A stretch of 64,000 bases of DNA from Puccinia triticina. Taxonomy: Eukaryota. The position numbers and the translations under genes are program-made. Location of the stretch: the NCBI GenBank assembly GCA_026914245.1, contig CP110439.1, positions 4,092,001 to 4,156,000 of the forward strand, read 5' to 3'. Shown here one piece after another: positions 52,513 to 63,513 of this stretch. How positions within the stretch are numbered: the stretch's first letter is position 1; every line of letters starts with the position of its first letter. The notes beneath the pieces are model-generated. The model searched no databases, was not told where the DNA came from, and was given only the letters and a program-made list of their open reading frames with translations.

Positions 52513-54008
52513 CCGCCCATGCAGTGATCCGCCTGGCCACAATCAGCTCAAATAGCTTCCCCATGGTCCTGAGCAGAGATATCGGTCGATACGCCAAGGG
52601 ATTGGTGTAATCAGGCTTGCCATGCTTCCTGATGATAGCTGTTACAGCAACCTTCCAGATTGTTGGAAATTTGCTCTTCATTAGTATATTGTTATACAGG
52701 CTTGTTAGGTTTCCCGCAATATAGTCAGAGAGAGACTTAAGAAGTTCATTAGCAATGCCGTCTATGCCCAGCGCCTTCTTTGGTCTGATTCTCTGGATCA
52801 CCAAATGGATTTCCGCAACCGTCACCGGAGGGTAGCTGACAAAACTAACCAAGAGATTAAAATAAGCGTCTTCCAAGTCAATAGGTACATTAGTGACTGA
52901 AGTCCCTCTGAAGAGAAGCTCAGCTTGTTTGTCCTTAACATGGACAATAGAACCACCTGGGCCGCGGAGCAGTAGCACCTCTCCTCCTGCTGACTTGGTA
53001 GTGGAGCGCAGGACTCAGTACAAGTCGCCTTCTGAGGGATCCTGTAGCAACCTTCTCAAACCCTATTACGGAGTGTGCTTTGGCACACTCCTATTATGGA
53101 GTGTGCTTTGGCACACTCCTACACCGCGGGGCAAATTCAAAAAGGCTGTGGCGCCACAATCGCGCGGCCGTATTCTTCAGCCCCCACAACACCACAAGGA
53201 CCACAATTTGCGCCACCATGGCGAAGAGGTGACCCATGAGGAGGTGGCGCCACAACGGTCGCCTCCTGGGCGCCACGGCCGTCAGGGCGGCACCGAGTCG
53301 CCAGCGAGACCATCGAATGACTCAGCGTCACAGGGGCGGCCCCGGGGTCGCCCACCTTGCGCCCCCATCCAAGGCGGCTGTGAGACCATCACACCCCGGA
53401 GACTTCATGGCTGTTGGCCGCCGCGGCGTCCCGGAAGCGACCCCCGGCGGCCACCATGATGCCCTCAGGCCACGCCCCCAAGACACCATGGCTGCCTGTG
53501 CCTGTGGCAGCCCGGAGGCGACACCTGGCGGCCACCATGCTGCCCTCGGGCCCTGGAGAGCCTGGGCTAAAGGGATGGCTCACTGGGATCCGGCCATGCC
53601 GGCCGTCATCGCTTCTCCCTCCAGGAGTTATTATGACTGATGGTGAAGCCATCTCGGTCACATTATACATGGGGCTGTTACAATGAACCCATGTTTCATG
53701 TTCCAGCCCAGAGGAGCAATCTGATCCAAGCCACGCCCGCCCCACCTGCAAAAGCGTGGCTGCATTCATAACCAACCCAATCGTATCATGGAGGATGGCA
53801 ACCAGCGCATTGAGACAGATGGTAAGGTTGCATCAGTGAATCACGCTAATCATTTCAGAACTGACCAACTTTCCTCGTTTGTTGATTCTAGACTACATAT
53901 ACAATGGTACGAAGTACTTATGTAAGTCCTGCCCCCTTTCTAGGGGGAACATCAGTTGGCTGCGTCACCCACGCACTCCGGTACACCGACTTAACGTTGG
54001 TCTTCGGA

Positions 54009-55197
54009 TGGCCCAGAGGGCCAATGCCCAGGGTAACCAGTCTCAAGGGCCCCCGCCACTTGCGGAACCAACACTTGATCAAGTGGATCCCACAACAGCT
54101 GATCCATTGCAATATGAGGACAACCTTGTTAATAGCCGGTTTTGGAATGATATTGAGGCCGCCGCTAACAACACCGGGACAATTGACAACGAGATCCGGG
54201 CAAATGAAAATCCTCAACCGCCTGTAAACCCCAACGCCGACTGGCAAGAGGTGATGAACAACGAGCTTCACAATATCTCGTCGGCACCATGAGAGCCCCC
54301 TGAGGCCCGGGGAATATCCGGTTGGCCCACAGAGTTTATGGGCTTGGTCATCCCTGGATATGCCAGCTGTTATCCGTGGCACGGATAACAGCACGGATTG
54401 ATATCTGGCGGGCTGGAGGTGTAGAACTTAGGGCTATGATGACGGAGACAATTACAGTAGCTGCGGATTGCACAGCCACAGCAAACCTAACCATCACAGG
54501 GTCTGTTAATCCGGATGAATGCACATAATTCCAGCAGGAACCCAGCCTCCCACGCCCCGTGAGAATGTTTGGCGCCGCAAAGTGAGTCCATCCACATCTC
54601 ATCTCACCATCCTCCCACCAGATGATGAACTCCTTATGCATTCAATGTCCAGACCCAGATTCAACGCCTCGCCGCCGAGGCAATAATCAATCCAGACTTA
54701 CAGGCAAATGCAAATGACAACCAAGAGGGATCGTTGTTCCAGATGGTCATGGTAAGCTCACTTTCATTACCTACTCTTATGTTTTCACATTGATGATGTA
54801 CTCTATCCCATAGGATGGAATACTGCGCCTTCCAGAAGAGTTGCGCAGGACAGATTTCCCCCCAGGTCTTGTCGAGGGTAATCACGAAGCCGAGCAGCAT
54901 GTGCATTCTGCAGTGAAGACCCAACTCAAACAGATGCGATACAAGGTCAGATGCATAATTCTCACTGGGTTTGCCGCTTCCATCGGTGATTCCCCGCTCC
55001 CTAAAGTTCCCAATCTTGTGAACCTCGCCAGGCTGGTGTGGGCTAAGCTCAATCCTGGCACCACCACCCTAACCCCAACTCAAATTGATTGCCTATTTGG
55101 GCCCGCCACACAAATCCGCCTGGCCACAATTATGAACGCATCCGACCCTCAAGACCAAAACATCTCGCAGTGGGATCAAATTGATCTCAGAATCTGA
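54009..55197 (+). pseudogene. Decayed transposon-associated accessory protein
   Basis: Protein-like ORF pieces (MAQRANAQG..., LRLPEELRRTDFPPG...VPNLVNLARLVW...SQWDQIDLRI), GT-AG intron about 54752-54813, in-frame stops. Confidence 0.55.
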
Positions 55198-56696
55198 GCT
55201 CTTAGTCTGCTCACTTTCTTTGTTTTTCTGTTCCTGTCCCCAGTTCCCGTCCCAGTTCCAGTTCTTGTCTTGTTGTCACCTGTTCAGTTACCTGTCCAGT
55301 ACCCTGTCCCTGTTCCTGTTCCTGTCCTGTCCATGTCACCTGTTCAGTTACCTGTCCAGTACCCTGTCCTGTCCTGTCACCTGTCCCCTGTCATTGCTGT
55401 TAGGCCCCCCTTTGGATCTTGCTGGGGGGCTCTCTAGTTGTTTGGTTAAAGTCTGCTCCTTGGACATGAAATAAAAATCATCGAGTCTGAGCCCCAACCA
55501 AACTGACCAACCTGAGCCCCTAACCAGTCAAGTCACCAGCTCCTCTTTCACCTCCTAATACGCCTCCATCGCCTCATCACCTTGAGCTGAAATCTTAACA
55601 ATTGACACCACCCTCCATGCACACCAAGCCCTGACAGGCAACATCACCAACCAGTAAGTCATCTGCTAGCCTTGCCTGCCTAACCATCAGTCCACCAGCC
55701 ATCTGATCCCTTGTGCCTCACAGTGGGTACCGTCTGCTTGCCTTTTTGGGGAGGAGCCAAAAGAAGGCAAACTTGACGCAGCGGCGCTTGTGCTCCCCAC
55801 CACACAGGCAGCCATCGATCGATTTGTGGCTTGTTCGATGCCGTGTTCATGACCATATAATTAGACAAACTTTACCCTGTTCACTCCCCAGGCAGGCACA
55901 CATATTCCTATTGCCCACTATTTCTGTTATCAAGCAATGAAATCCCTCTGCCTAGTTTGCCCCATCATGTTTCGCGCGCGGGCTGGACCCGCAGCACCAT
56001 CTACCTTGGTGTCGTTTGAGCTGAGCCCCGCCAAAGTGGCCCATTTCTAGGCCCCAATTGGCCTTATTAGTCGGCCCTGGGGTCGCAGGGGAACGCCCCT
56101 CTGCCGCCGATCGGCGGTGAGCTACCCCGTTGTGGGGCCGTAATCCAAAGCGCCCATTGGTCGCATCTGGATGACCCACACATGGGTCGCATGTGACGCC
56201 TTCATCACATCTACCCCTGCGCCGCCGCTGACACCTCGGGCACAACCCCTCAACCACTTATGGGCCGCATATATACAACCCAGTTCTGTGCCCAAGGCGT
56301 TACCCTGCCGCGCAGCAAGGTGGCTGCCCCACCCCCCTCCCGTTGAACCGGGGCTGCCCAACAAGTCACACCTTCCACGGTAACCGGGCGTCAATAGTGC
56401 CGCCGACCGCCGCTGAAAAGCCCTCTGGTAGGCGTCAGGCGGAGATCAGGTCCACACGTGCAGGGAAGATCCCGCCAAGGGGGCGTCACCTCCCACCGGC
56501 CTGCCAGCGCCAGGGGGCCGTCACGTTGACGCCCTCAGGGGAGGGGCCGGCAATGGGGCGTCACCTTGTGGCGTGGTGGGCATGTTTCTGAGGACGCCCC
56601 TAGAGGGTATGGTCATAGCGCGGCGCTGAGGCTTCTTCTGACATGCGGGGTCCATGGGGCGTCACAGAGGCCACCACTCGTCCTGTGGTGTATTAT

Positions 56697-57330
56697 GGAG
56701 TGTGCTTTGGCACACTCCTATGACGGAGTGTGCTTTGGCACACTCCTATGACAGAGTGTGCTTTGGCACACTCCTATGACAGAGTGTGCTTTGGCACACT
56801 CCTATGACGGAGTGTGCTTTGGCACACTCCTATGACAGAGTGTGCTTTGGCACACTCCTATGACAGAGTGTGCTTTGGCACACTCCTGTGAAGGAGTGTG
56901 CTTTGGCACACTCCTATGAAGGAGTGTGCTTTGGCACACTCCTATGACGGAGTGTGCTTTGGCACACTCCTATGACGGAGTGTGCTTTGGCACACTCCTA
57001 TGACGGAGTGTGCTTTGGCACACTCCTATGACGGAGTGTGCTTTGGCACACTCCTATGACGGAGTGTGCTTTGGCACACTCCTATGACGGAGTGTGCTTT
57101 GGCACACTCCTATGACGGAGTGTGCTTTGGCACACTCCTATCACGGAGTGTGCTTTGGCACACTCCTATCACGGAGTGTGCTTTGGCACACTCCTATCAC
57201 GGAGTGTGCTTTGGCACACTCCTATCACGGAGTGTGCTTTGGCACACTCCTATCACGGAGTGTGCTTTGGCACACTCCTATCACGGAGTGTGCTTTGGCA
57301 CACTCCTATCACGGAGTGTGCTTTGGCACA
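56697..57330. repeat. 28-bp tandem hairpin array, left part
   Basis: GGAGTGTGCTTTGGCACACTCC plus a 6-nt linker; 22 full units and one interrupted. Confidence 0.97.
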
Positions 57331-57622
57331 TGTTAGAGTCGTCCTGTGAGGGGGGAGGGGGTTCTGGTTCTGGTGCGCGGGTTCTCCTAGCTAGATTGTA
57401 AATTGCTAGATGGGGAAACTCTAAGTCTCTCCCCTCGGCGCCTCTAAGTGGTAGAGGCGCGTGAGATGCAAGTACAAGTGAATGACATGTCCTCCCAGGG
57501 CGGCGCACGGCGCGTGAACGCAGCTCATAACACTACCCCGCCCTTAACGCCCAAGCCCCCGGCTCTGCGTCCTCGTCCCCGTGCGGCATTAAAAAACCCC
57601 TTGGGGAAAAAGCCAACCCTCA

Positions 57623-60600
57623 TCACATCCTCCTCGACCTCTTGTGCCTTCGCGCCGCGTCGGGGAATTTTTTGTTGAAATCGCCGAGTAATTCTTGACA
57701 ATTTTGAAGGTTTGTGGCTGGTTCCCACGAGTTGGCCTCCGGTCCGTAACCCTTCCATCCAATGAGGTATTCTATCCGCTTCCCTCTCTGTCGGCAATCC
57801 AAAACTTCCGCCACCTCCCATTCCATCTCTCCTTCCACTTCCACCGGTTCCGGTGGTTTTGCCCCTCGATCCTGGATTGTGTCTTCTTGAGCTTTCCTAA
57901 GTAATGAAACATGGAAGTGCGGGTGCACCCCCTTCATAGAATCAGGGAGGGTCAGCGCGTATACTGAAGGTGAGATTTTGTTTGATATAAGGAAAGGTCC
58001 CAGCCATCGGTGGGACAACTTAGGGCTGGGTCTTGTCGTGGAAATATTCTTTCCATTGAGCCACACCGCGTCCCCGATGTTCCAATTGGGAGTTTTCCTT
58101 GTGTGCTTGTCGAATTGATTCTTCATCTTCTGTTGCGCATCTTCCAACCACGCCTTGAGTTCTTCTCGCGTCTCTGTCAGCTTCTTGACGCGTGCTTCTA
58201 CCGTTGGGATACATTGGTTGGATGACACTATACCGCCGAAGGTCAGGTCAAAACCGTAGTTGGCCATGAACGGGGACATGCCTGTTGACACATGGTCCGC
58301 GTTGTTGTGCGCGAATTCTGCCATCGGCAGTAGCGGTTCCCAATTGTCCTGATGGTATCCGACAAAGTGGCGCAGGTACGTCTCCACGGCTTTGTTGGCT
58401 ATTTCGGATTGTCCGTCAGTCCGCGGGTGGTACGCCGTTGACGGGCATAGCCGGGTCCCCAGCGCTTTGCCAAGCTCTTTTGTTATTTGTGAAATAAAAA
58501 CGCTCCCCCTATCCGAGACGATTGTTTTCGGCGTCCCATGCAGTTTCCACACATTCTTTAACATCAGGTCCGCCAATCCTTTGGCCGAGAGAGACTTTTG
58601 ACACGGGACAAAGTGGGCCATCTTGGTCAACCGGTCCACTACAGTCAGGATGCTGTCCGCTCCTTTTGACTCCGGTAAATCTGTGATCAGGTCGTAGGAA
58701 ACATCCGTCCACGGGCCCGCCGGTATAGGCAACGGTTCTAGGGTTCCGTAAGGGCGTTGTGTGGATGCCTTCACTCTTTGACACGAGTCACAACCGTCGA
58801 CGTACCGGTTCACGAAACGCTTCATTGACGGCCAGTTAAAACTCCGCCTTATCAAAGACAGGGTCTTGGCTCTCCCGAGGTGTCCAGCCGGTCTGCTGTC
58901 GTGGCGACTCTTTGCTATTTCTGTCTTGATGCGCTCATCCGCCGGTACTTCTATGCGTCTCTCGTGGTGTACCACGCCATCGACATAGGAGTAGTTCGAG
59001 TCGTTGCCTTGGATACTTTGTATCAGCGTTGTCAATCTCTTGTCATTACAAGTGGCGTCCCGGATAAGACTTATCAATTGGGTGTCCGACAGGATCGGGT
59101 CCTCTCGCTCGAATTGGGCCTCCTCCATCCCTAGGACATCGATCTCGAACCACCTTTCGACCTCCTCCAAATCCACCGTCTCGTCCACAAACCATTCGTC
59201 AATTTCGCTTCCCTCCAGTTCAGATACCGCCGCAAAAGTCTCCGGAGTGATGTTGCACGGTTTCAGTAACTGCCCAAATGTCAACTTATCTCTGCCGTCT
59301 GGGGCTAAGTCCGGTCGTCTAGATAGTGCATCAGGTTTCGTGGCTTGTCTCCCGGGTCGGAAAATAATTTTGAAGTCGAAGTTCCCCAACGTTTCAGCCC
59401 ATCTGGCTTGGCGGCGTGTTAAGCTTTTAGTAGTCATAAAGCTTTCCAAATTCCTGTGGTCAGTATAGACTACCGCCTTCAATCGATTCGGGTTCCCTTC
59501 AAGATATTGGCGCCACTCCTTGAACGCCGCGACAATTGCTAACAGTTCTTTATCGAATATTTCGTAGTTTCTTTCAGCCTGTATCAAGGATTGTGACAAG
59601 TAAGCTATTGGATGTAGCAAGTTGTCCTTTGGGCAGACTTGGGACAGCACCGCGCCTAGTGCGAAATCGGAGCAGTCACACTCCAAAAGGAAAGGTCGGT
59701 AAGGGTCCGCTATCTTTAGTACTGGCGCCGTCGTGAAGGCCGTCTTCAAGTGCTCAAAAGCTTCATTGCAGCGTGTATCCCCTTTGTACCCGTTTTAGTC
59801 AGATTGTGCAGCGGTCTGGTCGTCCTGGAGAATTGATCGATAAACCTCCGGTAAAAGTTGGCGAATCCGATAAATCTTTGCAATTCCGTAATGTTTACCG
59901 GTGCAGGCCAGTCCAATACTGCTTTCACTTTTGTTGGATCCATACGGACCCTATTGCATGAGATAAGGAGGCCTAGGTATTCGACTTCGCTCCTCGAAAA
60001 TTCGCACTTCTCGGGCTTAAGCCACAACTGATGCTTGCTGAGTGTGTCCAAAATGCTCATAACTGCCTCCTCATGGTTGTTATTTGGCTGAGTATATATC
60101 ATTATGCCGTCCAAATATGCCGCAGTATCCTTCCCGATCCGGCCCAATAGGATGTCCTGGATAAAAAATTGAAAAAATCCCGGTGCGCCTGTCGGCCCAA
60201 ACGGCATAGTCAACGGCGCAAATTGTCCGGCTCGGCAAACAAAAGCTAGTTTGTCTTCGTTGCCTTCCGCCACGCGTAGGTTGCGTATGCGTTCCTGAGG
60301 TCAAGTTTGGTGAACTGGTCGGCATCAAGTAGACTGTCAACTAAATCCATCGTCAATGGTAGCGGGTATTTATTTTTGACCGTGACCGCGTTGAGCTTTC
60401 GGTAGTCGAAACAAGGTCGTAGGTTACCATCCTTCTTCCCTGTGAAGAGAACCGGGGCGGCCCAAGGCGAAGTGGTCCGCCTTATCGTGCCATTCTCTAG
60501 ACCTTCTCTAACAAGCTTGTCCAGTGCCTCATTCTCGGCTGGGGACAAAGGAATGATTCGGCTGGCCTGCGGGAGTGCTCCGGGGATCAGTTCAACCCTG

Positions 60601-61751
60601 AAGTCATATTTGCGTCTTGGAGGTAGCCGCTGTGCCTCTGTCTTGCGGAACATCTCAATGTGCGCGTGGTACCTCTTCGGTACAAGTTCCTCTGCCGTCT
60701 TTGCCGGGGTCTGACCCTTGGCGTCCGCCGCCAGTTTGGCTGATGTCGACCAGGAGGTCTTAGCCGCGTCGACGACCACTGCGGTCGGCAATTCCTGTGG
60801 AGGGGGTTTTACAAAGCATGTCCGCTTGCCAGTTGTCCTCATAACTGTGCCATCTTGGGATGACTGGAAGATGGTTGGGGACTCACATCGCGGGGGTGTT
60901 GATCGGCATAAAGCGCGCACCCCCTCGTCAGTTTTCCTAGCTGGCCTCACTACAGGCTCCTCCCCGTCCTGTGAGATTTTTTTCGGATCTGACGACACCG
61001 CCTCAGCGGTGGCGGTCTCCTTCCCGGCGGTCGTGGTTCCAGTGGATCCTGGCGAGGCGGTGGTGAGCGGTACCTGTTCCAAATGTCCTAGAAAAGGTAC
61101 CCGATTGCCAGATGTTCCTATGCTATCTGAGGAATTCGGAATCGAGGATATGGGAGATAACTCACATCGCGGGGGTGTTGATCGGCATAAAGCGCGCACC
61201 CCCTCGTCAGTTTTCCTAGCGTGCCTCACTACGGGCTCCTCCCCGTCCTGTGAGGTGTTTTTCGGATCTGACGACACCGCTTTGGCGGTGGCGATCTCTT
61301 CTAGTCCCGGGCGAAAACTTCGCGTGCGCCAGTCAATTTGGTTGCCGTGCTTTCTGATCCATGGCATGCCGAGTATCCCGTCGTATGTATCCTTCAGTCG
61401 CGCGATCATGAATGTTGAGGGTTCGGTATCCTTGTCCAGTAGTAAAGTCACCTCGAACAATGACTGGCTTTTGGACCCGTCAAATCCTGAGATGGTCTTA
61501 ATCGTCTTCGCCGGCGTCAGCCTTAGGCCGGCTTCTGCCGCGAATGTTTCACTCACGACATCGTGGGTGGCCCCAGAGTCTACAAGGAATCTCGCTAGGG
61601 TCGGGGTGGTTGTGGCACGGGAGGGTAGTAGAGGATAGAAAGGGGTGCTGATAAACAGTCGGTTATCCATTTCATTTAAACTAATGGAATGACAAGCCCC
61701 AAGTTTGACTACTACATCGTCCTCCTTGCTCGGGTGAGGCACAACCCTCAC
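57623..61751 (-). pseudogene. pol: Gypsy pol (protease, RT, RNase H, integrase, chromodomain) with two frameshifts
   Basis: [10 protein letters not shown] motifs (YLDG in place of YLDD), ECDCSDFALG, HHCC zinc finger, IVSDRG, GQSE, GPF, EYLIGWKGY chromodomain; breaks near 60275 and 59785. Confidence 0.95.
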
Positions 61752-62755
61752 ACCCGAGCGTCGCCATTTTTTGACTGCTCCGCTCGTCCAGCATCGTCCG
61801 GTCCTCCCCTGTCCGCCTTGAGACGCCTGATCTCCTCCTCCAACGCGGTGATTCTAATCGCCTCCTTTCCCTTCCCTTTCTTCGACTTCTCCGGACACTC
61901 CCTCGAAATGTGCCCCTTTTCGCCGCATCGGAAGCACAAGCCGTTCCTCATCATGTGGGTCTTCTCGTTTGTCGATAATTGACCTCGCAGAGCAGATAAG
62001 TCCATAGCATTCGGGTCAGCCGCCGGGGCGGGATCAGAGTGGGTTGTCTCCGCGCCGTTGATCTCGTTGTCGATTTTCAGCGCTAGATTGCAGAGGTTGG
62101 TGAGTTCCGTGAACTGGGTACGCGCGAGGACTAGCGCTAAGCGGACTTCCTTCTTCAGGCCCTGGTGATATTGGCTCATTAAGGTCGCCTTCTCCCACCC
62201 GGAATCCGTCGCGTGCTGATTAAACTGGAATGTATATTGAGCGACAGATTTCGTTTGTTTCAACTGACAGAGCGCCTTCTCGGCGCGGGACTTCTTCTCA
62301 GTATTGTAGTACATCATTTGAAATGCCGTGGAGAACTCGACGTAGGGGACCGGCATCCCAGCGAATAGTCTAGTCGTGTACGGTTGCGCCCAAGCACTCG
62401 CCTGACCGGTGAGGTAAGAGATTGAGAAGATGACCTTGCTGCGGTCGTCCGGAAACATTCGGGGGTTCGAAATGACATACAGGCCGACTTGAGTCACGTA
62501 AACTTCCGCTTTCGCTCCCCGAGTCCCGTCGTACTTGTCCGGCACGCTGATCTTGGGGCCTTTTGCCTGGTCTGCTCCACCCTCCGCCGGTTGGTTCTGT
62601 GGTTGGTTAACAACGGGGACGATGGCAGGGGCGACCATCCCTGCTCTGGCAGCCGCTAGTTGGGCTTCTGCTCTTTCCCTCAGTGCTCGCTCTTTGTCGA
62701 CCTTATTCGCCAGCTCTTCGACTCGTTGTCGTAGCGTATTCATATCGTCGGCCAT
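61748..62755 (-). CDS. gag: Gypsy Gag, intact 335-aa ORF
   Basis: Retrotransposon capsid motifs ([17 protein letters not shown]) and [14 protein letters not shown] zinc knuckle. Confidence 0.95.
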   Translation of the reverse strand: MADDMNTLRQRVEELANKVDKERALRERAEAQLAAARAGMVAPAIVPVVNQPQNQPAEGGADQAKGPKISVPDKYDGTRGAKAEVYVTQVGLYVISNPRMFPDDRSKVIFSISYLTGQASAWAQPYTTRLFAGMPVPYVEFSTAFQMMYYNTEKKSRAEKALCQLKQTKSVAQYTFQFNQHATDSGWEKATLMSQYHQGLKKEVRLALVLARTQFTELTNLCNLALKIDNEINGAETTHSDPAPAADPNAMDLSALRGQLSTNEKTHMMRNGLCFRCGEKGHISRECPEKSKKGKGKEAIRITALEEEIRRLKADRGGPDDAGRAEQSKNGDARV

Positions 62756-62764
62756 GGCTGTCGG

Positions 62765-62804
<40 letters not shown>

Positions 62805-63120
62805 CAAGGTTGGGTTCTGTTCTATTTCTCGTAGCCCGCGCGTTCGGTGTTTGAGATCTGATCTGTCTGTCTGGTTCTTGTTCGGCCCTCGTCCCTCTTG
62901 ATAGTAGATCTAGCAATATGTTAGAGTCGTCCTGTGAGGGGGGAGGGGGTTCTGGTTCTGGTGCGCGGGTTCTCCTAGCTAGATTGTAAATTGCTAGATG
63001 GGGAAACTCTAAGTCTCTCCCCTTGGTGCCTCTAAGTGGTAGAGGCGCGTGACATGTAAGTACAAGTGAATGACATGTCCTCCCAGGGCGGCGCACAGCG
63101 CGTGAACGCAGCTCATAACA

Positions 63121-63513
63121 GCACACTCCTATGACGGAGTGTGCTTTGGCACACTCCTATGACGGAGTGTGCTTTGGCACACTCCTATGACGGAGTGTGC
63201 TTTGGCACACTCCTATGACGGAGTGTGCTTTGGCACACTCCTATGACGGAGTGTGCTTTGGCACACTCCTATGACGGAGTGTGCTTTGGCACACTCCTAT
63301 GACGGAGTGTGCTTTGGCACACTCCTATGACGGAGTGTGCTTTGGCACACTCCTATGACGGAGTGTGCTTTGGCACACTCCTATGACGGAGTGTGCTTTG
63401 GCACACTCCTATGACGGAGTGTGCTTTGGCACACTCCTATGACAGAGTGTGCTTTGGCACACTCCTATGACAGAGTGTGCTTTGGCACACTCCTATGACG
63501 GAGTGTGCTTTGG
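63121..63513. repeat. 28-bp tandem hairpin array, right part
   Basis: Resumes in phase after the TSD; 13 full units plus partial units. Confidence 0.97.

Larger units (their letters stand above)
49790..53059 (-). mobile_element. Tad1-like LINE fragment (RT plus RNase H), truncated at both ends and interrupted
   Basis: KALGIDGI, AYRPISLL, GGRKG, FLDVKSAY, GLPQGSPLS, GYVDNV, KWLGVWLD, RNase H LVFSDGS. Confidence 0.9.
57331..63120 (-). mobile_element. Ty3/Gypsy chromovirus, full length
   Basis: 202-bp LTRs 57331-57532 and 62919-63120 (5 differences by eye), 5-bp TSD GCACA, PPT AAGGGCGGGGTAG next to the 3' LTR. Confidence 0.97.

Noticed and set aside
60881..61292. Hammerhead ribozyme in the duplicated pol module
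   Set aside because: CTGACGA followed by a stem is present, but the required GAAA after that stem is missing (GCGA instead), and CTGACGA appears paired with upstream TCGTCAG.
60718..61638. 306-aa plus-strand ORF
   Set aside because: Antisense shadow of Gypsy pol; no independent features.
56697..63513. CRISPR array
   Set aside because: The repeat is palindromic, but linkers are only 6 nt and nearly identical, there are no unique spacers or cas genes, and the context is eukaryotic.
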